A stretch of DNA of 64,000 bases from a virus: IMG/VR virus record IMGVR_UViG_3300009506_000019, positions 64,001 to 128,000 of that record. One strand, given 5' to 3'. Shown here one piece after another: positions 20,283-27,901 of the stretch. Made by a program: the position numbers and the translations under genes. A model generated the notes under the pieces. It did no database searches, was not told where the DNA came from, and saw nothing but the letters and a program-made list of their open reading frames with translations. The first letter of the stretch is position 1. The number at the start of each line of letters is the position of its first letter.

Positions 20283-20363
20283 ATGACAGGCGTGGGCTAG
20301 AAAAGACCACTCGGAGGGATGGTAGTCTACGCTTGCGCGTGCGCTCCAACCCACACCTGTCAT
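20283..20363 (-). promoter_or_regulatory. Structured 5' leader (three-way junction) of sigma-like gene
   Basis: ~19-bp closing stem with G-U pairs only on minus strand, enclosing ACGC-GCAA-GCGT and AGACTAC/GTGGTCT hairpins. Confidence 0.6.
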
Positions 20364-20364
20364 G

Positions 20365-20709
20365 CTAATGTTTTGTAATAAACTCTTCAGCATCCTTGTC
20401 ATCGCCGAGGTCGCTTCGAAGCTCGTACGGCTCTGCCATAAATAACCTGGCAGTGAGCTGCATGTGTTCCCTCAACCCCCTAACTTGTACATCTCGCAAT
20501 TCAATTTTATACTTCACCATCACCGTAAGAAGAGTCTTCTCGATGATGTTTTCTACGGTTGGATCGTCCAACACGTCCAGCATGATTTCATGAATCAGGG
20601 AATTCGGAGGGCATCCTAACTCAGACCTGATTTTCCTGAAACCAAACTTGATGAGTGTGTAGATGAGGTTATTTACCTCATTTTCAGTCAATCTCATTGG
20701 ATCTGCCAT
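20365..20709 (-). CDS. Hypothetical protein
   Basis: ORF with GGAG before ATG 20709. Confidence 0.6.
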   Translation of the reverse strand: MADPMRLTENEVNNLIYTLIKFGFRKIRSELGCPPNSLIHEIMLDVLDDPTVENIIEKTLLTVMVKYKIELRDVQVRGLREHMQLTARLFMAEPYELRSDLGDDKDAEEFITKH

Positions 20710-20721
20710 CTCCGCCCACAT

Positions 20722-20973
20722 CTACGCCTCCACCATCAGCTCTGCGGCTGCGTCGATGACACCCATTCTCATTTCTTCGATTTCTCTTACTCTTATGGCC
20801 TTTCTATGAAGCTTGACCTCCTTGGTAAGTGCTTTATTCACTGAATGGAGCTGTTCTGCCTTCTGCAGCAGCCTGACCATTTCCCTTTTGTACTGGTTGA
20901 ATTGATGTCTCTTCCACTTCCTGCCCACCCACACCCCAACGATGAGACAGAAAATTCCAGTCAGTAGCAGCAT
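20722..20973 (-). CDS. Small membrane-anchored coiled-coil protein
   Basis: AGGAGG before ATG 20973; N-terminal hydrophobic helix followed by basic residues. Confidence 0.65.
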   Translation of the reverse strand: MLLLTGIFCLIVGVWVGRKWKRHQFNQYKREMVRLLQKAEQLHSVNKALTKEVKLHRKAIRVREIEEMRMGVIDAAAELMVEA

Positions 20974-21105
20974 GACGTACCTCCTACCCAACTAGTCATG
21001 CATGTTGCATGCCAACTCTGTCTCTGTGATGCATATGGCATGCCCGCTGCATTAATCAAAGGTGCACGAGCCGCTATAGACACACGTTCAACGGAGGCTT
21101 TCACA

Positions 21106-21765
21106 GTGGCCAAGAACAAAAAGAAACCAGTCAACAAGTCAAAAGATGTCGAGGCCAGCCCGATTCCGAGGCCCGAAAATCTGGTCATCTGCGACATGAT
21201 CAGGCAGCAAGGTCGCCATTGGGAAATCTCTGATGGCACTAAAGCTGTACCTGGAAAATGGTATAAGTCAAAAAGAGGATATTCAATCCTTCTTTGGGAA
21301 TTGCTTGAAGACGGATCTGTCATCGCACAATCGCACACCACTGGTAACAAAGTTACTGTCCCACCAGACCAGGTGTTGTATTTTACTCTTGATGAAGATC
21401 CGGGCACACCATGCGGCACTATTATGGTGGGCGGCGAGAGCGAGGGCGAGACGCCAGAAGAGATCGCCAAACACGACAGCGTGTACGCCAAATACCCGCA
21501 TATTATTCCTGGTTCTGTATATAAAGTACAGAATGTTGGTGTGAAAGACAACACACCACAGTGGGAAAGAAAAAGGAAAGGTAAAAAGACACAAATCAAA
21601 GGGCAAGTGAGATGCAAGATCCGCTGCCAAGAACCAGGATGTGATAACGAACGAGACATCAAAGTCCAGGACGCATTCCAAGTAAAGAAATGCGAAGCTT
21701 GTCGTGATAAGAAGAAAAAGAAGAATCTAGAGAAATTCCTGGACAAGAAGAAGGTCAAGAAATGA
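21106..21765 (+). CDS. Basic protein with C-terminal 4-Cys domain
   Basis: GGAGG before GTG 21106; YAKYPHIIPGS...RC....C...VQDA.Q.K.C..C. Confidence 0.7.
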   Translation: MAKNKKKPVNKSKDVEASPIPRPENLVICDMIRQQGRHWEISDGTKAVPGKWYKSKRGYSILLWELLEDGSVIAQSHTTGNKVTVPPDQVLYFTLDEDPGTPCGTIMVGGESEGETPEEIAKHDSVYAKYPHIIPGSVYKVQNVGVKDNTPQWERKRKGKKTQIKGQVRCKIRCQEPGCDNERDIKVQDAFQVKKCEACRDKKKKKNLEKFLDKKKVKK

Positions 21766-22040
21766 AGAACGAGGACATTTACAAGAAATATCCCCACATC
21801 ATACCCGGATCCATTGAAGAAGTTGATCGTGGCAGCGTGGTCCGGGGTGGGAAAGACAGCCAGATAACGAGTCATGGGAAGATCGCAATCATAAGATGTG
21901 CTGATTCAGATATGCCTGGCTGTCTGAAGACCAGGATTATCAACGTACAAGATGCTGAGCAGACTAAATACTGTGCTGCCTGTACTCGTAGACGCCGAAA
22001 TGAAAGACGCCGTGCCAGGCGTCACCAGCTGAAAAATTGA
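21762..22040 (+). CDS. Single-domain paralog of the preceding C-terminal 4-Cys domain
   Basis: YKKYPHIIPGS...RC......C...VQDAEQTKYCAAC plus Arg-rich tail; ATGA overlap. Confidence 0.75.
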   Translation: MKNEDIYKKYPHIIPGSIEEVDRGSVVRGGKDSQITSHGKIAIIRCADSDMPGCLKTRIINVQDAEQTKYCAACTRRRRNERRRARRHQLKN

Positions 22041-22098
22041 GGTCATTAATTTCGTCAATACCCCCTTCAGTCCCCGCCTCTCGAACCAGCATTAGCCT

Positions 22099-23367
22099 TT
22101 AGCAGGGAGAAACAGTAGAAAAAGCTGATTCCTCTACCGATACTCCGACAGGGGTATTCCGAGGGGAAAATGCCTTACCCCTCCACACGCGGCAGGCACT
22201 AGACGCGAAGTGTCGTATATTCTGCGCACCAGTGGCACGCAGGATGAGATTTCGACACTCTTCATCCTCCAGCATGTCGCGAACAGTTGCCAGATACCGA
22301 TTGGTTATACCATCCGGCAACGAAACTTCCCCTGCTAGTCCCCACGAATTGACAAACGTGTCACGGCCCTCTAGGAGCTGCTCTTTGCACCCACCGTACG
22401 AATCTACGTCGCTACCAACGGGCAGCGGGCATTCCGCCTGGCGTGGTTTTTGTGTGCGATCCGGAGACAATACTCGACTTGCCCCTTCACCTGGCCCTAG
22501 CAACGCCATGAAACTGTCAAATCTTACAGGAACTTCCTTCTCGATTCTTGCGCTTGTGAACGTGTTCGGCAGCTGTACTGCCAAATAAGTCACCTCCTGC
22601 ACTCGTCGTCGTTGAAAAATCTCTCGTCCTCGTACTCGTACTCGTCGCTCGGGGCCGAATCGATACAACCGTTCGGCCTCACGGAATGCCTCAATGGCAT
22701 CCGTTCTAGTGCAATCAGGCTGAAAAAGAAGAGACATCGGGTCTATCAAGAGGAATGTGCCTGTCTCGTTTACCCTGGCCTTTTTTGACAGCTTGATAGC
22801 AGCATCACGTTTATGACCCAAGATATCAGCATGGATCTCTCTACTCAGCAATTGACGACTACCATAGATAGCCATCAATCCGTAGAGCAAAGATTTAGTC
22901 TGATTCATATCCTTAGGATCAATCAGATTTTTGGCTTTGATGTCGTAACGTCTATCATCAAGGAAGAAGATGGCGGGCTTGAACGACGACAATTTGTCGC
23001 CATATGCGGACTTTTGCTTATGGAATGCAAGCTCGGCCATACGGTTGCGACCGGTTATTGAATAGTACCCGTCACCTTCTTCCTCAATGAACCCAAGAGA
23101 CATGGCCTTCCGTAGCCTACGTTGTGCCGTAGGCCGAATACACCCCATGTCTTTGATTAGTTGGTTGAGAAAATGTTTTCTATGAACGCGGCCGGAAGGA
23201 TTACCGCGATTGCGTGCCATCGCGAAATCCTGAGCTAATATCCATACTACAAATGCATCATGCGCTTGATTGTGAAGGGTCCACATAACAACAGACCCGC
23301 GCACTTTACATGTATGATCTGGATACCTCACAGCATCAGGATCCATAGTGCCATAGACAGCACGCAT
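22099..23367 (-). CDS. Putative DNA-binding (winged-helix) protein, possibly replication initiator-like
   Basis: LIKDMGCIRPTAQRRLRKAMSLGFIEEE resembles a wHTH; basic 422-aa ORF. Confidence 0.5.
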   Translation of the reverse strand: MRAVYGTMDPDAVRYPDHTCKVRGSVVMWTLHNQAHDAFVVWILAQDFAMARNRGNPSGRVHRKHFLNQLIKDMGCIRPTAQRRLRKAMSLGFIEEEGDGYYSITGRNRMAELAFHKQKSAYGDKLSSFKPAIFFLDDRRYDIKAKNLIDPKDMNQTKSLLYGLMAIYGSRQLLSREIHADILGHKRDAAIKLSKKARVNETGTFLLIDPMSLLFQPDCTRTDAIEAFREAERLYRFGPERRVRVRGREIFQRRRVQEVTYLAVQLPNTFTSARIEKEVPVRFDSFMALLGPGEGASRVLSPDRTQKPRQAECPLPVGSDVDSYGGCKEQLLEGRDTFVNSWGLAGEVSLPDGITNRYLATVRDMLEDEECRNLILRATGAQNIRHFASSACRVWRGKAFSPRNTPVGVSVEESAFSTVSPC

Positions 23368-23374
23368 TAATCCA

Positions 23375-23474
23375 CGGCTGCCACCACCACGATCGTGTGT
23401 TTGCAGTTAGAGCCAACCGTGGCGGTGGCAAGCCGCGAAAGTAAAATTCTCAGTTTTGTTGATCTGCAAACACA
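23375..23474 (-). promoter_or_regulatory. Predicted H-type pseudoknot abutting the start codon of 22099..23367
   Basis: Interleaved stems: 11-bp perfect TGTGTTTGCAG/CTGCAAACACA and 13+4-bp TGCCACCGCCACG/CGTGGTGGTGGCA. Confidence 0.6.
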
Positions 23475-23696
23475 GCTGACGTTTCTACCATGGCTCTACC
23501 TACCTGTCAATTATCGGCAGAAATGTTGAATATGTTGCTAGTTGGACATGTTCGATTTTATGTGGTAGGTAAAGATATGGACCAGCCCTCAAGTAGCGTT
23601 CACCCCCCCCAGAGGGAACAGTAAGGAAGGCTGCTGAGAGGGGATATCACTCAGCAACCAATCCTAACTCGGCTTGAGGGAAAAGACGTCTAGGGA

Positions 23697-24100
23697 CTAC
23701 GAGCGGCCAAGGAGGATGTTGTCCTTGCCTTGATCGAAGACATCGGCAAGAGTCTCAATGGGGCTGATGAGACACCCCTCTGTCGGAGTCGTGAGCCAAT
23801 ACTTCCGAGTGAACCCAGAAGGCGCCTTTGTCCAGCCAGACATGTCGTTGCCTACGATAGCGCAGAACCTGGTCATCAGCCGTGGGTCTGCGGGGGCGCC
23901 GCAGAGAACCCCGAAGTAGCTGGAACCCTCAAAGACGTTGCGAATGATCTGCCCATAATCAAACCCCCAAGCGGCGATTCCGTAGGAAGCGAGATCGTCA
24001 GCTTGGATGAGATTGTTCGCAAACCTCGCACCCAATGGGCGGCCAGATCGGCTGAACATATAGGCGAGCACACCGCCCATACGCTTGCCCTTAAAGACTA
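23697..24100 (-). pseudogene. Stand-alone divergent copy of the C-terminal ~130 aa of 24142..25458
   Basis: Colinear similarity (GKR.GG, ASYG..AWG.DYG...RN.F.GS..FG, YWLT..TE.CL..PI, QGK.N..LGR); similarity begins upstream of the ATG; no RBS. Confidence 0.7.
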
Positions 24101-24129
24101 CAGGCGGTAGTTAATCGCCTGTAGTCTTT
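24093..24129. terminator. Perfect 14-bp inverted repeat, probable (bidirectional) terminator
   Basis: AAAGACTACAGGCG-9nt-CGCCTGTAGTCTTT, 12 nt after the stop of 24142..25458. Confidence 0.7.
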
Positions 24130-24141
24130 TGCTAGATCACA

Positions 24142-25458
24142 TTACAAACGACCAAGAACGAGGTTGTTCTTACCCTGCTCCAACACCTTGCTGAGATCCC
24201 CGATTGGAGCAACGAGGCACTCTTCCGTCTTCGGTGTCAGCCAGTATGACTTATACATGACGGTCCACTCATCCATATTGTTCCCGACCAGCGCCCCACG
24301 TCTCGTGAGCGCGGGATAGGCGTCGGACGGGGATCCCCAACAGATACCGAATGTACCTGATCCTTTGAAGATGTTCCTGGTCACCACCCCATAATCAATG
24401 CCCCAAGCAATGAGACCGTACGACGCCATCTGCCGCGCATCGATGATGTTGTTATAAATGAGCGCACTATTGGGCCTGCCAACCGGCCCGATATTCGCAA
24501 AGAACCCTCCAAGGCGCTTGCCGTGCATTATGATCTCGTTGTCCTCAAAAGCGTAATCGCCGTGTGGACTTGTGAACAAAGCGGGATCATTTTGGACAAC
24601 TTTGTCCGCGCCGTGGGAGAGCACCAGCCCATACGACCCTCCACTGGACCCAGCAATGTGCCCACCATAGAAAGTCTCCATCTTGTTGAAAAGAGTCTCT
24701 CCTTGACCGAAATCGTCTACTTGTAGGATTCCAAAAGCTGAGTAGTTTTTTACCACACAGTCTCGGATGAGCGCCCTTTTACCCACCTGCCCAATGTGGA
24801 TACCCATTGAGAACCACGCATTTGGGGTTTCACCACCAGCATCCGGCCATGCCCCACCTTCCGACACCTTTGCAGGATTGACGGTCTGACGATCACCTAC
24901 ATAAGGATCTTCTGCGTCAGCGCCAGATTCGAGATCCACCTCGCAATTCCGTACCTCGACATTTCCAGTAATCTCAGTCCCAGTGACTGCCCCAAATCCG
25001 GAGCTTCCGACAAGCATCCAGATGTTCACCTTGTCTGGATTGGCCCCACTCATATCCTTTGATGTGGCATACCCTCCATGCACAGATTCCATGAGCACAT
25101 CTGCTGCATGCTTGACGATGATATTATGGTTAGCACCTTCTGTGACTTTCAGATTTTTGAGAGTGAAATTCTTTCCAACACCATCAAACTCGATGGAATT
25201 CTCACCACCGGTTATCTCAGTTTCTTCAGGACCGTCTCCTTGGACGGTGAGTGTCTTTGACAAAACCACCTGCTCTGCCGCTCCCAGCTCGAACTTCGTG
25301 GAAGCATCGGCTTGATGCATCGTGATGATATCACTGTCGGATGCATCATCATGAGCGGCTTGCAAAGCAGCTTGATCGCTACCGTATGGTGACCCGCCCA
25401 ATGGGGTTCCATCCTTGGTAACAGTGTGGCTCCCGCTGGTGACCACGTATTCGGACAT
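24142..25458 (-). CDS. Right-handed beta-helix (pectin-lyase-like) protein
   Basis: ALQAAHDDASDSDII cap, KTLTVQGDGPEETEITGG, repeated N-ladder strands; GAGGAG RBS. Confidence 0.7.
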   Translation of the reverse strand: MSEYVVTSGSHTVTKDGTPLGGSPYGSDQAALQAAHDDASDSDIITMHQADASTKFELGAAEQVVLSKTLTVQGDGPEETEITGGENSIEFDGVGKNFTLKNLKVTEGANHNIIVKHAADVLMESVHGGYATSKDMSGANPDKVNIWMLVGSSGFGAVTGTEITGNVEVRNCEVDLESGADAEDPYVGDRQTVNPAKVSEGGAWPDAGGETPNAWFSMGIHIGQVGKRALIRDCVVKNYSAFGILQVDDFGQGETLFNKMETFYGGHIAGSSGGSYGLVLSHGADKVVQNDPALFTSPHGDYAFEDNEIIMHGKRLGGFFANIGPVGRPNSALIYNNIIDARQMASYGLIAWGIDYGVVTRNIFKGSGTFGICWGSPSDAYPALTRRGALVGNNMDEWTVMYKSYWLTPKTEECLVAPIGDLSKVLEQGKNNLVLGRL

Positions 25459-25509
25459 GATCTTCTCCTCAAAAGTGGTTTGTTCGTTTGGTCATTCAGT
25501 GACTATCGA

Positions 25510-26274
25510 CTAGGTGTCGGCAATCACAGTGTACGTCTTGATGAGCGTGCCCACGCCCGACAGTAAGCTGAGACCGCTGACATCGATGGTGACGGTGATG
25601 ATGTCACCGATCTCGTAGATCTTTGTGGCTCCCGCGTCGGTGTCCATCACGACATCTATGGTAAGGTAGCCAGCCTCGAACTGAGGAGTCCCAGCAGGGG
25701 TCGCCGGCTTCACACATGTCGGAGCACCCCCCGTCCCCGTTGCAATGGGTACATAGGCAGGGGTGACTGTGGGAACGAAGTTGGCCCAGCCGTGGAGCAA
25801 CCCTTCAGAGGTAACCAGCTTCACACCGACTTTTTTGATCAATTCCCCAGCCGCTGCTCCATTGAGATCACCAACCTCAATGTCTTCAGCCAGGGCTCCG
25901 GGGTAAATGTTCAGAGCCGCATCCCCTTCTGCCATTGCCCCAACCACCTTCTCCAAACTCCGAACTGCATTTTGGAGAGCGAGCATAGAAAGAGAAGACT
26001 GATCATTCGCTGACTCGAGAGAATTCGTTAAGGTGCTGGTAGCCGCATCAAATTTGTCTTTACCAGCGTCTTCGAATTCATCAGGGGTGTCTGGATCTTC
26101 CTCAACAGTATAGCTAATATGCCCAGCTTGCTGGAGCTTTACCAGCTCGTCCACAGCTTGTTCTGGAAGATCATCAAAAAATCGTTTACTCTTCTCACCA
26201 CTAGCAGGGACGGAGAGTCTCAAAGACTGAATTGAAACTTTGACGTTTCGAAGATTCTTAATAGTAAGAAGCAT
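25510..26274 (-). CDS. Hypothetical (possibly virion) protein
   Basis: GAGGAG before ATG 26274; upstream promoter. Confidence 0.65.
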   Translation of the reverse strand: MLLTIKNLRNVKVSIQSLRLSVPASGEKSKRFFDDLPEQAVDELVKLQQAGHISYTVEEDPDTPDEFEDAGKDKFDAATSTLTNSLESANDQSSLSMLALQNAVRSLEKVVGAMAEGDAALNIYPGALAEDIEVGDLNGAAAGELIKKVGVKLVTSEGLLHGWANFVPTVTPAYVPIATGTGGAPTCVKPATPAGTPQFEAGYLTIDVVMDTDAGATKIYEIGDIITVTIDVSGLSLLSGVGTLIKTYTVIADT

Positions 26275-26349
26275 TTGTCTCTCCTCGCGATAACATCGCA
26301 ATGATATATAATATTCTAATTAAAAGTGTCTTTAGAAATACTTAAAAAT

Positions 26350-26378
26350 ATTGTACGCGTGATCACAATAATATGCAA
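26350..26378 (-). promoter_or_regulatory. Sigma70-type promoter
   Basis: TTGCAT-17nt-TACAAT in AT-rich gap. Confidence 0.6.
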
Positions 26379-26394
26379 TACATTAAAACGATTA

Positions 26395-26470
26395 TGGCGG
26401 GAGAGGAGGGACTCGAACCCTCATCAAACAGGTTAACGGCCTGTTGCTCAGCCAATTGAGCTACACTCCC
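26395..26470 (-). tRNA. tRNA-Asn(GTT), C33
   Basis: Cloverleaf, loop CC-GTT-AA, encoded CCA. Confidence 0.88.
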
Positions 26471-26474
26471 GCAT

Positions 26475-26549
26475 TGGTGGGGCGGAGTGGAATCGAACCA
26501 CTGCTCTCGGATTTTCAGTCCAAAGCTCTACCAACTGAGCTACCACCCC
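26475..26549 (-). tRNA. tRNA-Phe(GAA)
   Basis: Cloverleaf, loop CT-GAA-AA, CCA. Confidence 0.93.
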
Positions 26550-26552
26550 ATG

Positions 26553-26625
26553 TGCAGAGCTGGTCAGCCACGCGCTACCCATCCCAGATTGTGCTGGGCC
26601 AAAGCCTTGTCCGCTGCGCTCTGCA
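26553..26625 (-). ncRNA. Unassigned tRNA-sized structured RNA
   Basis: 8-bp closing stem TGCAGAGC/GCTCTGCA, CCCAG/CTGGG hairpin, no TTCGA loop. Confidence 0.45.
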
Positions 26626-26638
26626 ACTCTTACTTGTT

Positions 26639-26715
26639 TGGTGGACCGGACGGGACTCGAACCCGTGACCTCCTGGGTGCAAACCAAGCGCTCTCCCAAC
26701 TGAGCTACGCGGCCC
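26639..26715 (-). tRNA. tRNA-Ala(TGC)
   Basis: Loop TT-TGC-AC, G3-U70, one bulged base in acceptor stem, CCA. Confidence 0.92.
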
Positions 26716-26716
26716 A

Positions 26717-26792
26717 TGGAGCTGGTGAGAGGAATTGAACCTCCAACATCCGGTTTACAAGACCGGGGCTCTGCCAATTGAGCTACACCAGC
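26717..26792 (-). tRNA. tRNA-Thr(TGT)
   Basis: Loop CT-TGT-AA, CCA. Confidence 0.93.
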
Positions 26793-26810
26793 TCTTTGCC
26801 AGCGTTCAAT

Positions 26811-26885
26811 TGGCGGGCCTACTCCGACTCGAACGGAGATCTCCGGTTTTGGAGACCGGCATCCTACCAATTGAACGATAGACCC
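26811..26885 (-). tRNA. tRNA-Trp(CCA)
   Basis: Loop CT-CCA-AA, CCA end. Confidence 0.92.
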
Positions 26886-26905
26886 TTGTTTCTTCACCAC
26901 CCGGC

Positions 26906-26980
26906 TGGTGGGCCGGGAGGGAATCGAACCCTCAACAAACGGGTTAAAAGCCCGCTGCGCTACCGTTGCGCCACCGGCCC
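26906..26980 (-). tRNA. tRNA-Lys(TTT)
   Basis: Loop CT-TTT-AA, CCA. Confidence 0.93.
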
Positions 26981-27014
26981 ACACCGCCGATGGTCTTCTC
27001 CTCAGCGAACCGGA

Positions 27015-27091
27015 TGGTCCGCCAGGGAGGACTCGAACCCCCGACACGCGGGGTAGAAACCCGCTGCTCTGTCCAACTGAGCTACTGACGG
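27015..27091 (-). tRNA. tRNA-Arg(TCT)
   Basis: Loop TT-TCT-AC, CCA. Confidence 0.9.
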
Positions 27092-27111
27092 ACAGATCCG
27101 ATATTCGCGAC

Positions 27112-27187
27112 TGGTAGGCGAGGGGAGAATCGAACTCACCAACCTGTCGCTTATAAGGCGACGGCTCTACCATTGAGCTACTCGCCA
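27112..27187 (-). tRNA. tRNA-Ile(TAT)
   Basis: Loop CT-TAT-AA, U1:U72 mismatch, CCA. Confidence 0.88.
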
Positions 27188-27199
27188 TTTCTCTCGAGT

Positions 27200-27274
27200 T
27201 GGACCGCCAGGTCGGAATCGAACCGACGTGCGCCTGCTTGGAAGGCAGGGGACCAGCCACTAGCCCACTGGCGG
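27200..27274 (-). tRNA. tRNA-Gly(TCC)
   Basis: Loop CT-TCC-AA, U73, CCA. Confidence 0.9.
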
Positions 27275-27277
27275 TTT

Positions 27278-27353
27278 TGGTGCGCAGAGCAGGGCTCGAA
27301 CCTGCGACCCTCTGCTTGTAAGGCAGACGCTCTCCCAACTGAGCTACCCGCGC
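27278..27353 (-). tRNA. tRNA-Val(TAC)
   Basis: Loop CT-TAC-AA, CCA. Confidence 0.93.
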
Positions 27354-27355
27354 AC

Positions 27356-27431
27356 TGGTCCAGGTGAGTGGAATTGAACCACTGACATCACGATTATCGG
27401 TCGTGTGCTCTCCCATCTGAGCTACACCTGG
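27356..27431 (-). tRNA. tRNA-Ile(GAT), C33
   Basis: Loop CC-GAT-AA, CCA. Confidence 0.9.
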
Positions 27432-27443
27432 ACAATGAAAGGC

Positions 27444-27567
27444 GGGGCTGGGGCGTCGCGCTCTTTCCATGCATCGACCATTCGCACCCTCTGGCTTAGC
27501 GAGCCAGCGCACAGTTTCTGGGGTGTCAGCCCCATGGTCTACCCCACGCTCTGACAAGCGTTGCCCC
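27444..27567 (-). ncRNA. Unassigned multi-stem RNA with complementary (kissing) loops
   Basis: Hairpin loops TGTCAG and CTGACA are exact complements; additional GACCAT/ATGGTC and CTGGCT/AGCCAG stems. Confidence 0.6.
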
Positions 27568-27574
27568 ATAATTT

Positions 27575-27649
27575 TGGTAGCGGGAGCGAGAATCGAACTC
27601 GCGACGGTCTGGTTATGAGCCAGATGTTCTACCACTGAACTATCCCGCA
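27575..27649 (-). tRNA. tRNA-Met(CAT)
   Basis: Loop CT-CAT-AA, U1:U72 mismatch, CCA; initiator/elongator status unclear. Confidence 0.88.
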
Positions 27650-27660
27650 ACAAATGCAAG

Positions 27661-27736
27661 TGGAGGGCCAGGCAGGAGTCGAACCCGCGACACCTTGGTC
27701 CGTAGCCAAGTGCTCTGTCCACTGAGCTACTGGCCC
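27661..27736 (-). tRNA. tRNA-Arg(ACG)
   Basis: Loop CT-ACG-GA, CCA. Confidence 0.92.
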
Positions 27737-27738
27737 TT

Positions 27739-27814
27739 TGGCGGTGCGTACGGGAATCGAACCCGTCGTTTCCTGAGTGACAGTCAGGCCGGTTCACCAG
27801 CTCCGTCACGCACC
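27739..27814 (-). tRNA. tRNA-Asp(GTC)
   Basis: Loop CT-GTC-AC, G73, CCA. Confidence 0.9.
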
Positions 27815-27901
27815 GAGACGTGACCCAACTGTCCTTCAGTAGGTTCTGACCGTTTTGTCGATACCACCGAAGGAGGTCAGTTAGGCCACGGTGGTATCTC
27901 G
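27815..27901 (-). promoter_or_regulatory. Putative attenuator: mutually exclusive RNA structures between leader 1 and tRNA-Asp
   Basis: Perfect 10-bp GATACCACCG/CGGTGGTATC helix competes with long CGTGGCCTAACTG..TCCTTCGGT/ACTGAAGGA-CAGTTGGGTCACG hairpin. Confidence 0.65.

Noticed and set aside
23697-24560. DGR template/variable repeat pair with hairpin
   Set aside because: The copies differ at all bases with indels, not only at adenines, and there is no reverse transcriptase in the window.
26395-26470. Ochre suppressor reading (TTA) of the first tRNA / stop-codon recoding
   Set aside because: The stem ACAGG/CCTGT centres the loop on GTT. Long genes terminate normally at TAA, TAG and TGA with tight spacing.
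27575-27649. Definite initiator tRNA-fMet
   Set aside because: It has a 1:72 mismatch but lacks the three consecutive G-C anticodon-stem pairs; left as Met(CAT).
26448-27809. 453-aa minus ORF (and 29104..29811 plus ORF)
   Set aside because: They run through consecutive tRNA genes; chance open frames in GC-rich structured RNA.
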